NCBI GenBank assembly: GCA_041687805.1
Contig: JBDNJK010000084.1
Location: forward strand, 2,965 to 66,964
Direction: 5' to 3'
Source of the DNA: Acidimicrobiales bacterium
Lineage (GTDB): Bacteria > Actinomycetota > Acidimicrobiia > Acidimicrobiales > Aldehydirespiratoraceae
Length of the DNA: 64,000 nucleotides
Shown: positions 19,282-28,427 of the stretch, piece after piece
How the letters are laid out: each line of letters opens with the position of its first letter
How positions within the stretch are numbered: the first letter of the stretch is position 1
Translations under genes and position numbers: made by a program
The notes under the pieces: generated by a model
Seen by the model: the letters and a program-made list of their open reading frames with translations, nothing else
Told to the model about the DNA's origin: nothing
Database searches by the model: none

Positions 19282-20262
19282 TTAGTATTCGTGGAGGGGA
19301 TCAGCACACCATTGGGTGACAGCGCTGCGAAGACCGGCGACTATCGACGCCGACCTTTCCACGACCAAGGCTGGTGGCCCGACCCGACACCAGATCGCCG
19401 GCATACGGGTCTCGCGCAGGATCGGTAGGCGCAGCCCCGACACCGGCAGGTCGGTGTCGAGAACTTCGCTCAATTTCTCGGCACAACACCCGGCCAGCGA
19501 TCGTCCCCCGGCTGATTCGAATCCCTCGGTGGCGAAGAAGGCCACCGAGTGATCGGCGGTGGCCAAGGTCACGCCCATATAAACCCCGCCCTCCCAGGAG
19601 TTGGCCGACTTGGCTTGAGTCGACAGATCCGGGTGGTGCAGCGTCAACACATCGGCGCCGTCGACCCGAAGCCGACGCGCCAAGCTGTCGACGACGGCCG
19701 GCAGTCCACCCGGCTCACCGATTACGAAGCGCCGGCCCCCGACGCTGCCGGTAAGGCTTCTCAACGACTCATTGGCGCGAACTTCGGCCACGGTCTTGGA
19801 GCCGGCCGTTCGGCCACGGAGGTGGGCGAGGCAGGTGACGGTGTCTCGGCCGAGGGCGCCGTCTGGAGTCAAGGCTTGGTTTCTCTGAAAGTCGCGGAGT
19901 GCAGCCTCGGTATCAGGGCCGAAAATTCCGTCGACCCAGCCGGCGTCGAATCCGAATGAGCCCAACTGCTGTTGCAACTGGGTGACGTCGTCGCCGCGGA
20001 ACATCGGCGACCGAAGGTAGATCATTCTGTCACCGAGTTGATGATCTGCTTCGATCAATGCGGTCCAAGTCTGGCGACCACAGATTCCATCGACGACGAG
20101 CCCTCGTCGAGTCTGAAACTCGCAGAGAGATTCCGCCGTGGACGAATCAAACACGTCGAGATCGGTCAGGCCTTCGGCCCCCATGGCTATCAATCGCCTG
20201 TGGAGGTCGTGGACCGAGGGACCCAGGTCTCCGAGTCGGAGCGGAAGTCCTGGAGTTGTCAT
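19282..20262 (-). CDS. CwlM-like protein: two peptidoglycan-binding domains plus a degenerate amidase domain
   Basis: FQ..RGL.VDG.CG..TW and GDDV..LQ..L...GF...DGIFG motifs; ILRETRMPA; position next to trxA. Confidence 0.75.
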   Translation of the reverse strand: MTTPGLPLRLGDLGPSVHDLHRRLIAMGAEGLTDLDVFDSSTAESLCEFQTRRGLVVDGICGRQTWTALIEADHQLGDRMIYLRSPMFRGDDVTQLQQQLGSFGFDAGWVDGIFGPDTEAALRDFQRNQALTPDGALGRDTVTCLAHLRGRTAGSKTVAEVRANESLRSLTGSVGGRRFVIGEPGGLPAVVDSLARRLRVDGADVLTLHHPDLSTQAKSANSWEGGVYMGVTLATADHSVAFFATEGFESAGGRSLAGCCAEKLSEVLDTDLPVSGLRLPILRETRMPAIWCRVGPPALVVERSASIVAGLRSAVTQWCADPLHEY

Positions 20263-20352
20263 GTAGCGGCAATCCAAGTCGGTGTCATCGAATACGAATC
20301 GTACAACCCTGGGACGGCGCGAAACGACCGGCTCAGCGAGGGAGAATCGGGC

Positions 20353-20679
20353 TCAGATGAACTCGGAGATGTCGTCGAGAAGGGCCTGCTTGGGCTTGGC
20401 TCCGACAACCCTCTTCACAGGCTTGCCATCCTTGAACAAAATAAGAGTGGGAATGCTCATGACCTCGAAGCGACGGGCCACGCCCTGGGCTTCATCAACG
20501 TTGAGCTTGGCGATTCGCAAAGAGCCGGACTTTTCGGTGGCGATCTCTTCGAGCACGGGAGCGATCATCTTGCAGGGCCCGCACCATTCGGCCCAGAAGT
20601 CGACGAGTACGGGCTCAGAGGAACCGCCAATCTCCTCATCGAAGGTGGCGTCGGATAGGTGGGTGATTACGGCGGACAT
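20353..20679 (-). CDS. trxA: Thioredoxin
   Basis: WCGPC active site. Confidence 0.97.
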   Translation of the reverse strand: MSAVITHLSDATFDEEIGGSSEPVLVDFWAEWCGPCKMIAPVLEEIATEKSGSLRIAKLNVDEAQGVARRFEVMSIPTLILFKDGKPVKRVVGAKPKQALLDDISEFI

Positions 20680-20743
20680 TTGTGGTCCCTTCCTAGACAG
20701 GCACGTAAGTGCATCGTGGTCAACAACACTCGACGGGGTATTG

Positions 20744-21724
20744 CTATTCCGAAGTGGCCTCTACATTTGGATTGTTTTCGAGCCAGCGCTCGGTCTCGAT
20801 CGCGGCCATGCAACCAGATCCCGCCGCGGTGATCGCCTGGCGGAAGTAGTCGTCCTGCACATCGCCACAGGCAAACACGCCATCGACGTCGGTGCGGGTC
20901 GAGTCTGGACGGGTGACGAGATAGCCGTTGTCCTTCAACTCCAACTGCCCCTTGAACAAGTCGGTGTTGGGCCTGTGCCCAATGGCGATGAACACGCCGG
21001 TTACCGGTAGCACGGAGGATTCGCCCGTCTGAGTGTCGGACAGGCGCAGCCCGGAGATCGATGACTCACCCTCGTAACCATCGACGATCGAGTTCCAGCG
21101 AAACTCGATCTTCTCGTTGGCAAAGGCGCGGTCGCGCATGATCTTGGAGCCACGAAGTTCGTCACGGCGGTGAACGATCGTTACCTTGCTTGCAAATCGC
21201 GAAAGGAATTGGGCTTCTTCAAGCGCTGAGTCACCGCCGCCGATCACGGCAATTTCCTGATCGCGGAAGAAGAATCCGTCGCAGGTCGCGCATGTTGACA
21301 GGCCATGGCCGATCAACTCTGCCTCGCGATCAAGACCCAGCATGAGCGATTGGGCACCGGTGGAGATGATGACCGTGTGGGCACGGTTGGTGGGTTCTGC
21401 AGTGTTGGGATCACCAACCCAGATTTCGTATGGTCGAGCCGAGAAGTCGACGCGAGATACCTTCACTGTCTGTATTTCGGCGCCGAACCGCAGTGCCTGA
21501 TTCCGGAAGTTCTGCATCAACTCCGGACCCATGACACCCTCGGGAAATCCGGGGAAATTCTCGACGTCGGTGGTGAGCATCAACTGACCGCCGGGCTGAT
21601 CGCTGGTCGAGCTCGGCTCACCCTCGAGAACGAGCGGCGACAGATTTGCTCGAGCCGCGTAGATGGCGGCGGTGAGTCCGGCGGGACCGGATCCGATGAT
21701 GATGACCTCGCGTACATCACTCAT
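20744..21724 (-). CDS. trxB: Thioredoxin-disulfide reductase
   Basis: GSGPAG, CATCDG, GGGDSA.EE and GDVQD motifs. Confidence 0.97.
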   Translation of the reverse strand: MSDVREVIIIGSGPAGLTAAIYAARANLSPLVLEGEPSSTSDQPGGQLMLTTDVENFPGFPEGVMGPELMQNFRNQALRFGAEIQTVKVSRVDFSARPYEIWVGDPNTAEPTNRAHTVIISTGAQSLMLGLDREAELIGHGLSTCATCDGFFFRDQEIAVIGGGDSALEEAQFLSRFASKVTIVHRRDELRGSKIMRDRAFANEKIEFRWNSIVDGYEGESSISGLRLSDTQTGESSVLPVTGVFIAIGHRPNTDLFKGQLELKDNGYLVTRPDSTRTDVDGVFACGDVQDDYFRQAITAAGSGCMAAIETERWLENNPNVEATSE

Positions 21725-21786
21725 GATGACTCCTAGTTATTGTCTGGTCTTCCAACCGTGCTGGGCACTCAGCGATTCCCGTTTGA

Positions 21787-22233
21787 TCAGACAAATGCGT
21801 CGACGATCGCCACCACAACCACTGAGGTGATTATGACGACGTCGATTATCACCGCGAGATAGAGCTTCTTCGGTGATCCGGAACCGCCTCGAGAGGCCCA
21901 TGCGCCCAAGCCGAGGATGGTGAGCAGACTGCCGATGAACAAGTGAGCCGACCAGGTGGCATCGCCAACACCAGCCCCGATCGGAAGATAGGCGTCGGCC
22001 AACCGCACCATGATCACGATGGCGAGAACAGTGGAAGCGATGGCCAGAACGAGCGCCACGAGGCCGTAGACCAATGCCCGAATCGCAATCAGGGCGTTGT
22101 CGGTGGTGTATCCCTTGACCCTGTCGACCAGGTCGGCGACCTTGTCTGCCGCCTGTTCGGGCCAATCGTCGGGGCCAATCGATATGCCCCTCTTGGTGGA
22201 GGTCGAGTTGTCAGCGCCCCGGTCGTCGGCCAT
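21787..22233 (-). CDS. Hypothetical membrane protein (about 3 TM helices)
   Basis: Hydrophobic segments; ATG at 22233 lies 8 nt after a TAGGAT -10. Confidence 0.65.
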   Translation of the reverse strand: MADDRGADNSTSTKRGISIGPDDWPEQAADKVADLVDRVKGYTTDNALIAIRALVYGLVALVLAIASTVLAIVIMVRLADAYLPIGAGVGDATWSAHLFIGSLLTILGLGAWASRGGSGSPKKLYLAVIIDVVIITSVVVVAIVDAFV

Positions 22234-22307
22234 GGCGTGGGATCCTACCGCTGTACCCCGGTCGTCGCCCCTACCAGCGGCAGCGGTGTCGACTGTTCGG
22301 CTATTGC

Positions 22308-23183
22308 TCAGGGCGCGACACTGATTTGGCTGACGCTGACACAAGCTGTGGCGTCGACCAACAATGCAATAAAGCGGCCCGGCTCCAACTGGATCAATGC
22401 GACCAAGTTGGTTGTGCCGTTCATCGAAACCAGGCTGAAATCGGTGAACGATTCGGGCATCGGCGGGGAGTTCAGCAGAGCGCTGTGGGATGCAAACTCG
22501 GCGAGCGCATCCGCGCACAGCGTTGTGATTTCGGGCTGCAATAGCATTGCCCGCGAGCTCGTGGAGTCTCTTGGGTCGGATGCGACCGCCGCCGCCAACT
22601 CCTCTTGCAACGCCTGAACATCGATCGCGTCGGGAAGTAGTGCCGGCAACGGATCAAACGAAGCGGTGTCTACTGGTGGCAACTCCGGAGGCATTGACGA
22701 ACCAGCGGAGTCGGCCGCGGCGGGGGAGAATGACTCCGGTGCGAGAGCGCTTTCGGCCAGAGCTTGATCGTCGCTGGTTGCTGTATCTGCGCGGGCATTT
22801 TCCGTGGGGAACGAGGTGGCGGCGGAATCGGACTCGCCTGATGAGTTGCCGATTGATCTGATGATGGGCACCGCCAAGGCCAATATGACCACGGCGGCTG
22901 CCGCCGTGAGGATCTGCGGCATTCGCGAGCGTCGGGCAATGGAGAGGTCGGTGACGTTGGCAGGAACCTGCCCGGCACCGATGGCAGCTGAGATCATCTG
23001 GTCGATAACATTGGATTCGAGCGGCGGCACGGGGTCGGTCATGAGCGCGGCAGTGGCCCTCAACTCCGATGCTCTTTGCATCCAGATCGGATTTGATTCA
23101 ACCCGCGCCACCTCAGACGGGGATCCCTCGCCATCGAGGTAGGACGAAATGATTTCGTCGTCTGGTGCGGATGCGTCGATCAT
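22308..23183 (-). CDS. Probable anti-sigma factor (single TM)
   Basis: ISSYLDGE...E.ARVE N-terminus, central TM helix, ATGA overlap with the ECF sigma gene. Confidence 0.7.
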   Translation of the reverse strand: MIDASAPDDEIISSYLDGEGSPSEVARVESNPIWMQRASELRATAALMTDPVPPLESNVIDQMISAAIGAGQVPANVTDLSIARRSRMPQILTAAAAVVILALAVPIIRSIGNSSGESDSAATSFPTENARADTATSDDQALAESALAPESFSPAAADSAGSSMPPELPPVDTASFDPLPALLPDAIDVQALQEELAAAVASDPRDSTSSRAMLLQPEITTLCADALAEFASHSALLNSPPMPESFTDFSLVSMNGTTNLVALIQLEPGRFIALLVDATACVSVSQISVAP

Positions 23184-23767
23184 GGCTGTGTGTTCTGACG
23201 TTGCGATTGGGGTGGGTGGTTCCCGGAAATCAGGTCTGAGAGGCGAGATCTACCTCTGGAGATTCGCGATCGGACCGTGCCTGGTGCGATATTGATGACT
23301 TCGGCGATTTCCGCGTAATCGAGACCAGCGAGGTCGCGCAACACAACAGCCACCCGAAACTCTTCGGGGAGTTGCGATATGGCAGCGTCGACATCCACCT
23401 TCGCGCTAACGATCTCGGCCGGGTCCCGCGGCTTGGAGGAGGCCACGAAACTTTCGTTGTTGCGGTCGTCTGACAAACCTGGGACGGGTCGTCTTGCGCG
23501 ACGGCGCAGCTCGTCCAGGCAGGCGTTGGTGGCCACGCGGTAGGCCCATGTGGAGAAACGGGCTCGTCCGTCGAAACGGGCCAGGCCCTTCACTATTGCG
23601 ATCAGCGCTTCCTGGGTGGCGTCAAGCGCATCGGCGTCGTTGCCGGCGATGCGACGACAAATTGCGTAGATCATCGGCTGGTGGTTGCGCAGCAACTGAT
23701 CGAGGGCGCGGCGGTCACCTCTCTGGGCTGCTGTGATCAGCGTCGATTCATTGGCCGATTCAGTAAT
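23180..23767 (-). CDS. ECF sigma factor, SigM-like
   Basis: DA.DATQE, FSTWAYRVATNACLD and GTVRSRISRGR. The frame stays open upstream of TTG 23695 through LITAAQRGDRRALDQL to ATT 23767, so the start is uncertain. Confidence 0.85.
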   Translation of the reverse strand: MTESANESTLITAAQRGDRRALDQLLRNHQPMIYAICRRIAGNDADALDATQEALIAIVKGLARFDGRARFSTWAYRVATNACLDELRRRARRPVPGLSDDRNNESFVASSKPRDPAEIVSAKVDVDAAISQLPEEFRVAVVLRDLAGLDYAEIAEVINIAPGTVRSRISRGRSRLSDLISGNHPPQSQRQNTQP

Positions 23768-23843
23768 GCGCGGACCCTACCTGATGCCACTCATCCGGTG
23801 AGTCGATACCGGTGGCGGAGAATCGACCGGGTATCCATCAGGG

Positions 23844-24683
23844 TCAAGCTGGGACCTGGAACGCGATTCCCATCACTCGTGGCCCGCCGTGGGCGCCGAT
23901 AACGGCACCGATCTTGTCTACTCGGGTGACCTCGTGAGGGACCGATGAGTCGAGCATGGCTAGAAAGTCGTCGATGTCGGGGGCTTCGCCGTGCATAACA
24001 GCGAGATTCTCGACGGCGGAAAATTCAGCGAGTTTGTCTCTCAGCCACATGAGTGACTTGCGGCGAGTGCGCTGCCGGCCCGCTTCCTCGACTTCGCCTG
24101 AGGAAATGTCGATGATCGGCTTGATCGAGAGGATCGACCCGAGAAGAGCTTGGGCGCCTCCGATGCGGCCGCCCTTTTTGAGGTTGTCGAGCGTGTCGAG
24201 AGCTCCGAAAACTCGTGTGCGTCGTGTCATCGATTCGACTGTGTCGATGATTGTTTTGATGTCTGCTCCGTCGGCCGCGAGTTGGGCGGCCGCGAGCACC
24301 ATTGTTCCCAATCCGGCGGTGATCGTGCGACTATCGATCACCCGAATGTCGGCATCAATCGAGTCGGCTGCGGTGACCGCGGATTGCATGGTGGCCGACA
24401 GGCCCGCCGACAGGTTGATGCACACGATTGAATCGGCACCCGCCTCGAGCTGAGACTCGAAGGCTTTGGCGAAACGCCCAGGGGATGGTGCTGAGGTCTC
24501 GGGTAGCTCCGGCGAGCGTTCGAGCCGGTAGTAGAAGTCTCCAACGGTGAGCTCTTCGCGGTCGACGAACTCGTTGTCGCCGAATCTGATCGACAGCGGC
24601 ACCACTTCGATGTTCAATTCCTCGATCTCGGTGCCGCGCAGGTCGCACGAACTGTCGGTGACGATTCTGACAGTCACGGTCAT
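23844..24683 (-). CDS. DegV/FakB fatty-acid-binding protein
   Basis: IVTDSSCDL, TSAPSPG, L.KGGRIG, IKPI and IGAHGGP motifs. Confidence 0.92.
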   Translation of the reverse strand: MTVTVRIVTDSSCDLRGTEIEELNIEVVPLSIRFGDNEFVDREELTVGDFYYRLERSPELPETSAPSPGRFAKAFESQLEAGADSIVCINLSAGLSATMQSAVTAADSIDADIRVIDSRTITAGLGTMVLAAAQLAADGADIKTIIDTVESMTRRTRVFGALDTLDNLKKGGRIGGAQALLGSILSIKPIIDISSGEVEEAGRQRTRRKSLMWLRDKLAEFSAVENLAVMHGEAPDIDDFLAMLDSSVPHEVTRVDKIGAVIGAHGGPRVMGIAFQVPA

Positions 24684-26644
24684 TCCTCCAGGTAGTAGCG
24701 GTCGTCTTGAGAATTGTCGCCCGGCGACTCGTCGAAGCTAGCAGTGCTTCTGCTTCTCCTCATGCGCCGGATCGTGCGGGCCCACCACGAGAGGAGAATG
24801 AGAAGCGAGATGATCGAGATGACGAGGCCGAGTCCGGAGATAGCGGTGGACCTCACGTTGACGTTTCCGCGGGCCAACTCGAGACGACCGTCGGGTGAAC
24901 TGAGCAGTGTCGTGACGCGTGCGTCCCCCGATGTTGGTGCTTCGACCCGGATCGTGAGCGGGTTGTCTCCAGGGGAGAGCGTGATGACTCGGTGCTCACC
25001 GTCTGGGAATCGAAGCTTCTCGGATCGGATGAACAGATCGACGGTGATGGGCAGGGTCTGATCGTTGCGTATCAGCAATGGCAGGTCGGCCGTGCGTGAG
25101 GCGAGAGTGACCCGGTCGCCTTCGACAACACTGATGCCACGAGTGCCCTGGTCGATGGCATCGAATACCTGTGACGTGTAATCGGACATTCCGTCGGGTT
25201 GGAGGCTGCTCGACACTGCGGCCTCTATCAACCGGCGGAGAGGAGCGGTTGGTGCATCATTTCCGGGGACCATCGATGAGTACGAATCGATGGCCGACTC
25301 GGTGATTGCCAGGTCGGCAGATGCGGCCGTGAGATCGGGGGGATTCTGTGACACAAGGACACCGCGAGCGACCGCGCCCAATGTGGTGCGGGCTACTGGA
25401 AGCGCCAGGGCTTGGTCGAGGGTGGTCAAGTGAAGGTGCGGGCTGGAGGTGATCCCGTCGATGAGCCCGTCGAGAGCGGTGGGGTCGAGATCGGTGATGT
25501 CGATGACTGTGGCGCCAGACACTTCGAGGTTGTCGGCGTCGAGGGCGAGTTCTACAACGGCGTGTTGGGCCGACAGTTCGGGGTCGGGTCCCGACAATGT
25601 GACCAGCATCGAATCGTCGGTGGTCATGGCTGAAATGGCGACGCCGTTGTTGTCGAGGAGACTCACCGGCCGATGGCCCTGGCGAGATGATGAGGTGAGC
25701 AGAATTTGGTCGGGTGATGCCAGCAATGCTGTCGCGCCGGCGGATCTGAGTAGCGAGAGCGTTTGGGGAGTTGAGTCGGGGTCGAGTTGCACGATGCCAG
25801 TGGGGGAGCTCGCCAGTTCTGATTCAGTCGACGCTCGGCCAGCCGCGTATTGGCTGATCACGGTTTCTGGGGCGCCGGCTGAACGCCACCCTTCTTCGTC
25901 GATATCGACCCAGGGTTCCAGGAGGTATTGGCGGCTGGCGAGGGCGGCGCGCAGAGCACCACCGGCGACGGTGTCGGCGCTGAAGGCCTCGAGGGTCTCG
26001 GCGTTGATGCGAACCCCGATTGGTGTGTCGGGCCTGGCCTCTAGAAGCTCGGCGGCTGCCATGACGGAGTCGGTGTCGACTGCCGTATGGAGATCCGGCT
26101 GCAGGGCCAGTGGCTGACGGATGTCGTACACGAATGCCACGCCGAGGTCGTGACCGATCGTCGGATTCGCTGATGCCACAAGGATGTGGGTGACCAATCG
26201 GTCGAGGACGAGTTCTTCCGACATCAAATCGATCACGACGGTGATTGCGCCGGGGTCTCGGCGAAGAAGCTTACCGATCTCGTCATCTGGCATCACCACA
26301 GACACGACTCTGCCAGATCCGATTCGTGCCGCCTCCAAATCGGTGATTTCGAAGAAGGCAAGCAGGTTGGTGTCGATATTCGGGCTGGATATCGAGTCGG
26401 CGACCTCGTCGCGTGTGGTGATCGGAGCAATGATCCTCACCGCCAGGCGGGCGTCAGCCGGGGCACCCGAAATTCGGAGATCAATCGCGGCGGGAAGATC
26501 TCCCATCCAGGTTGATTGGGCGACCAGGTCGAGTTGTCCACCTGACATGGCGGTCGCAGCCCGCGGTGTGGTTGGGATCAACACTGTGGTGAGTACGAAT
26601 GCTATGAGAATCGTGGATAAGCCCCACGCGGCGGAGCGTTTCAA
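24680..26644 (-). CDS. Secreted/membrane-anchored protein, DUF6049-like
   Basis: Signal peptide, C-terminal TM helix, TL.S...LP..I.N..P..V Ig-like segment; typical actinobacterial origin-region position. Confidence 0.6.
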   Translation of the reverse strand: MKRSAAWGLSTILIAFVLTTVLIPTTPRAATAMSGGQLDLVAQSTWMGDLPAAIDLRISGAPADARLAVRIIAPITTRDEVADSISSPNIDTNLLAFFEITDLEAARIGSGRVVSVVMPDDEIGKLLRRDPGAITVVIDLMSEELVLDRLVTHILVASANPTIGHDLGVAFVYDIRQPLALQPDLHTAVDTDSVMAAAELLEARPDTPIGVRINAETLEAFSADTVAGGALRAALASRQYLLEPWVDIDEEGWRSAGAPETVISQYAAGRASTESELASSPTGIVQLDPDSTPQTLSLLRSAGATALLASPDQILLTSSSRQGHRPVSLLDNNGVAISAMTTDDSMLVTLSGPDPELSAQHAVVELALDADNLEVSGATVIDITDLDPTALDGLIDGITSSPHLHLTTLDQALALPVARTTLGAVARGVLVSQNPPDLTAASADLAITESAIDSYSSMVPGNDAPTAPLRRLIEAAVSSSLQPDGMSDYTSQVFDAIDQGTRGISVVEGDRVTLASRTADLPLLIRNDQTLPITVDLFIRSEKLRFPDGEHRVITLSPGDNPLTIRVEAPTSGDARVTTLLSSPDGRLELARGNVNVRSTAISGLGLVISIISLLILLSWWARTIRRMRRSRSTASFDESPGDNSQDDRYYLEE

Positions 26645-27348
26645 AGGAGCTGTCTTTGCAGGACGGTGAGTTGCATCGTTTCAGACTGGAATCCGAGACG
26701 GTGATAGAGGTCGAGCGCTCGCCCGTTGGTCTTCTGGGTGTTGACCCACACATGCTCGACGTGATGCCGCTTGAGCCAACGAAGAGAATCGTGGACCAAC
26801 GCGGTTCCCAGCCCTTGGCCCTGTTGGTCGGGGGCTACGGCAAGCCGTTGGAGATATCCGTGGTGACCTGCCCGCCCGGTGATGGCGTAGGCGATGATGC
26901 CGTCGTTACGCGCCACGCGGAGACGACTCGTGGGGGTGGCGGTGAGAGCTTCATGGAGTCCGCTGTCGTCGAGCTGCCAGAACGAATCGAATGCCGTCTG
27001 GTCGATTCGGAGTAACTCTTGGTGGTCGCTTTCGCGGCCTTTGGTCAACGCTGGATCCTGTCGCCTGCGGCGCGGAACCTGGTTTGCCAGGTCGTGACGA
27101 AGCAAGTGGAGGTGTTCCCGGTCGGTGAACCCGTCTCGGTGCATGGCGGTGCATTCGCCTGCGCCGACCGCGCCCGTGATGATCTCGGTGAAGCCGTCGT
27201 CGACGAGGCGCGCTCTAGCCGCCGACAGTGCGAGCGGATCGAGAGTTGAGGCGGGAGACAGCGGCACCAAGTAGGCGATGTGGGGGTTGCCCCGCCACAC
27301 ACCACACCTGAATCTGGCTGAGCCGACGTTGATGGGATACAGCACCAT
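26641..27348 (-). CDS. GNAT family N-acetyltransferase
   Basis: LAV.P..QGQGLG and N..A..LY.RLGF motifs. Confidence 0.85.
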   Translation of the reverse strand: MVLYPINVGSARFRCGVWRGNPHIAYLVPLSPASTLDPLALSAARARLVDDGFTEIITGAVGAGECTAMHRDGFTDREHLHLLRHDLANQVPRRRRQDPALTKGRESDHQELLRIDQTAFDSFWQLDDSGLHEALTATPTSRLRVARNDGIIAYAITGRAGHHGYLQRLAVAPDQQGQGLGTALVHDSLRWLKRHHVEHVWVNTQKTNGRALDLYHRLGFQSETMQLTVLQRQLL

Positions 27349-27395
27349 GTTCGACCCAACGATACGCCGGTGCGCTCGACGGGTACGCTCCGCGC

Positions 27396-28427
27396 GTGCT
27401 GTTGGTGGTGACTGACAAAAGATTCTTCGACCACGACTCGGGTCCGTCGCACCCGGAGAGACCGGAGCGACTCGCCGCCGCGCTCGACGGAATTGAGTTG
27501 GCCGGTGCCATCGAAGCCGTAGCCATGCGAACTCCCAGGATCGCTGACAGGGCCGAGATTATGGCCGTTCATGAGCTTGCGCTGGTTGAACAGATACGAG
27601 GTTTGGCCGCGGCGGGAGGTGGTCGAATTGATGCCGACACATCGATGGGCCCGGCCAGTTTCGACGCGGCGTGCCGAGCGGCTGGAGCGGTGTTGACTGC
27701 CGTGGAGGAGTTGTCGAACGACTCACCAGATCGGCTCGATGTCGACAGCGCCTACTGCGTGGTGCGACCCCCAGGGCATCACGCCACACCCGACGCGGCC
27801 ATGGGTTTTTGCCTGTTCAACTCGGTGGCTATTGCTGCACGGTCGCTCACGAGGTTGGGGCAGAAGGTGGCGATTGTCGATTTCGACGCTCACCACGGCA
27901 ACGGAACACAGGCTGCGTTCGTGGACGACCCGTCGGTCTTCTATACCTCGATCCATCAGTCGCGGCTATATCCCGGAACCGGTGGGGCATCGGAGATGGG
28001 CGCCGGGCCGGGCACCGGATTCACCATCAATGTCCCGTTGCCTGCGGGGGCCACCGGCGATGTCGCACTCATGGCGATCGACGACGTGATCGGGCCGGCG
28101 GTGGATGCCTTCAATCCGGATTGGATGCTCATCTCGGCTGGTTTCGACGGGCATCGCGATGATCCTCTGACCCAGCTGATGTTCAGCTCCGGCGACATCG
28201 CCGATTTTATGGCCAGGCTGATCGGGCTGGTCGGCCCGCGCCGCGTGGTGGCGGTGTTGGAAGGCGGCTACGACCTGGAGGCGATCAGGCGATCGTCGGC
28301 AGCGGTGGTTGGTTCGCTGGTCGGGAAGAGTTGCCGGCCTGAACCTTCTACATCGGGTGGTCCTGGCTCAGACGTCGTCGACTCCGTGAGGCGGCTGCGT
28401 CTCGATTGGCTGGACCGCTATGCCTGA
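27396..28427 (+). CDS. Histone deacetylase family (AcuC/APAH-like) amidohydrolase
   Basis: HPE.PERL, RPPGHHA, GFCLFN, DFDAHHGNGT, SAGFD and LEGGY motifs. Confidence 0.93.
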   Translation: MLLVVTDKRFFDHDSGPSHPERPERLAAALDGIELAGAIEAVAMRTPRIADRAEIMAVHELALVEQIRGLAAAGGGRIDADTSMGPASFDAACRAAGAVLTAVEELSNDSPDRLDVDSAYCVVRPPGHHATPDAAMGFCLFNSVAIAARSLTRLGQKVAIVDFDAHHGNGTQAAFVDDPSVFYTSIHQSRLYPGTGGASEMGAGPGTGFTINVPLPAGATGDVALMAIDDVIGPAVDAFNPDWMLISAGFDGHRDDPLTQLMFSSGDIADFMARLIGLVGPRRVVAVLEGGYDLEAIRRSSAAVVGSLVGKSCRPEPSTSGGPGSDVVDSVRRLRLDWLDRYA

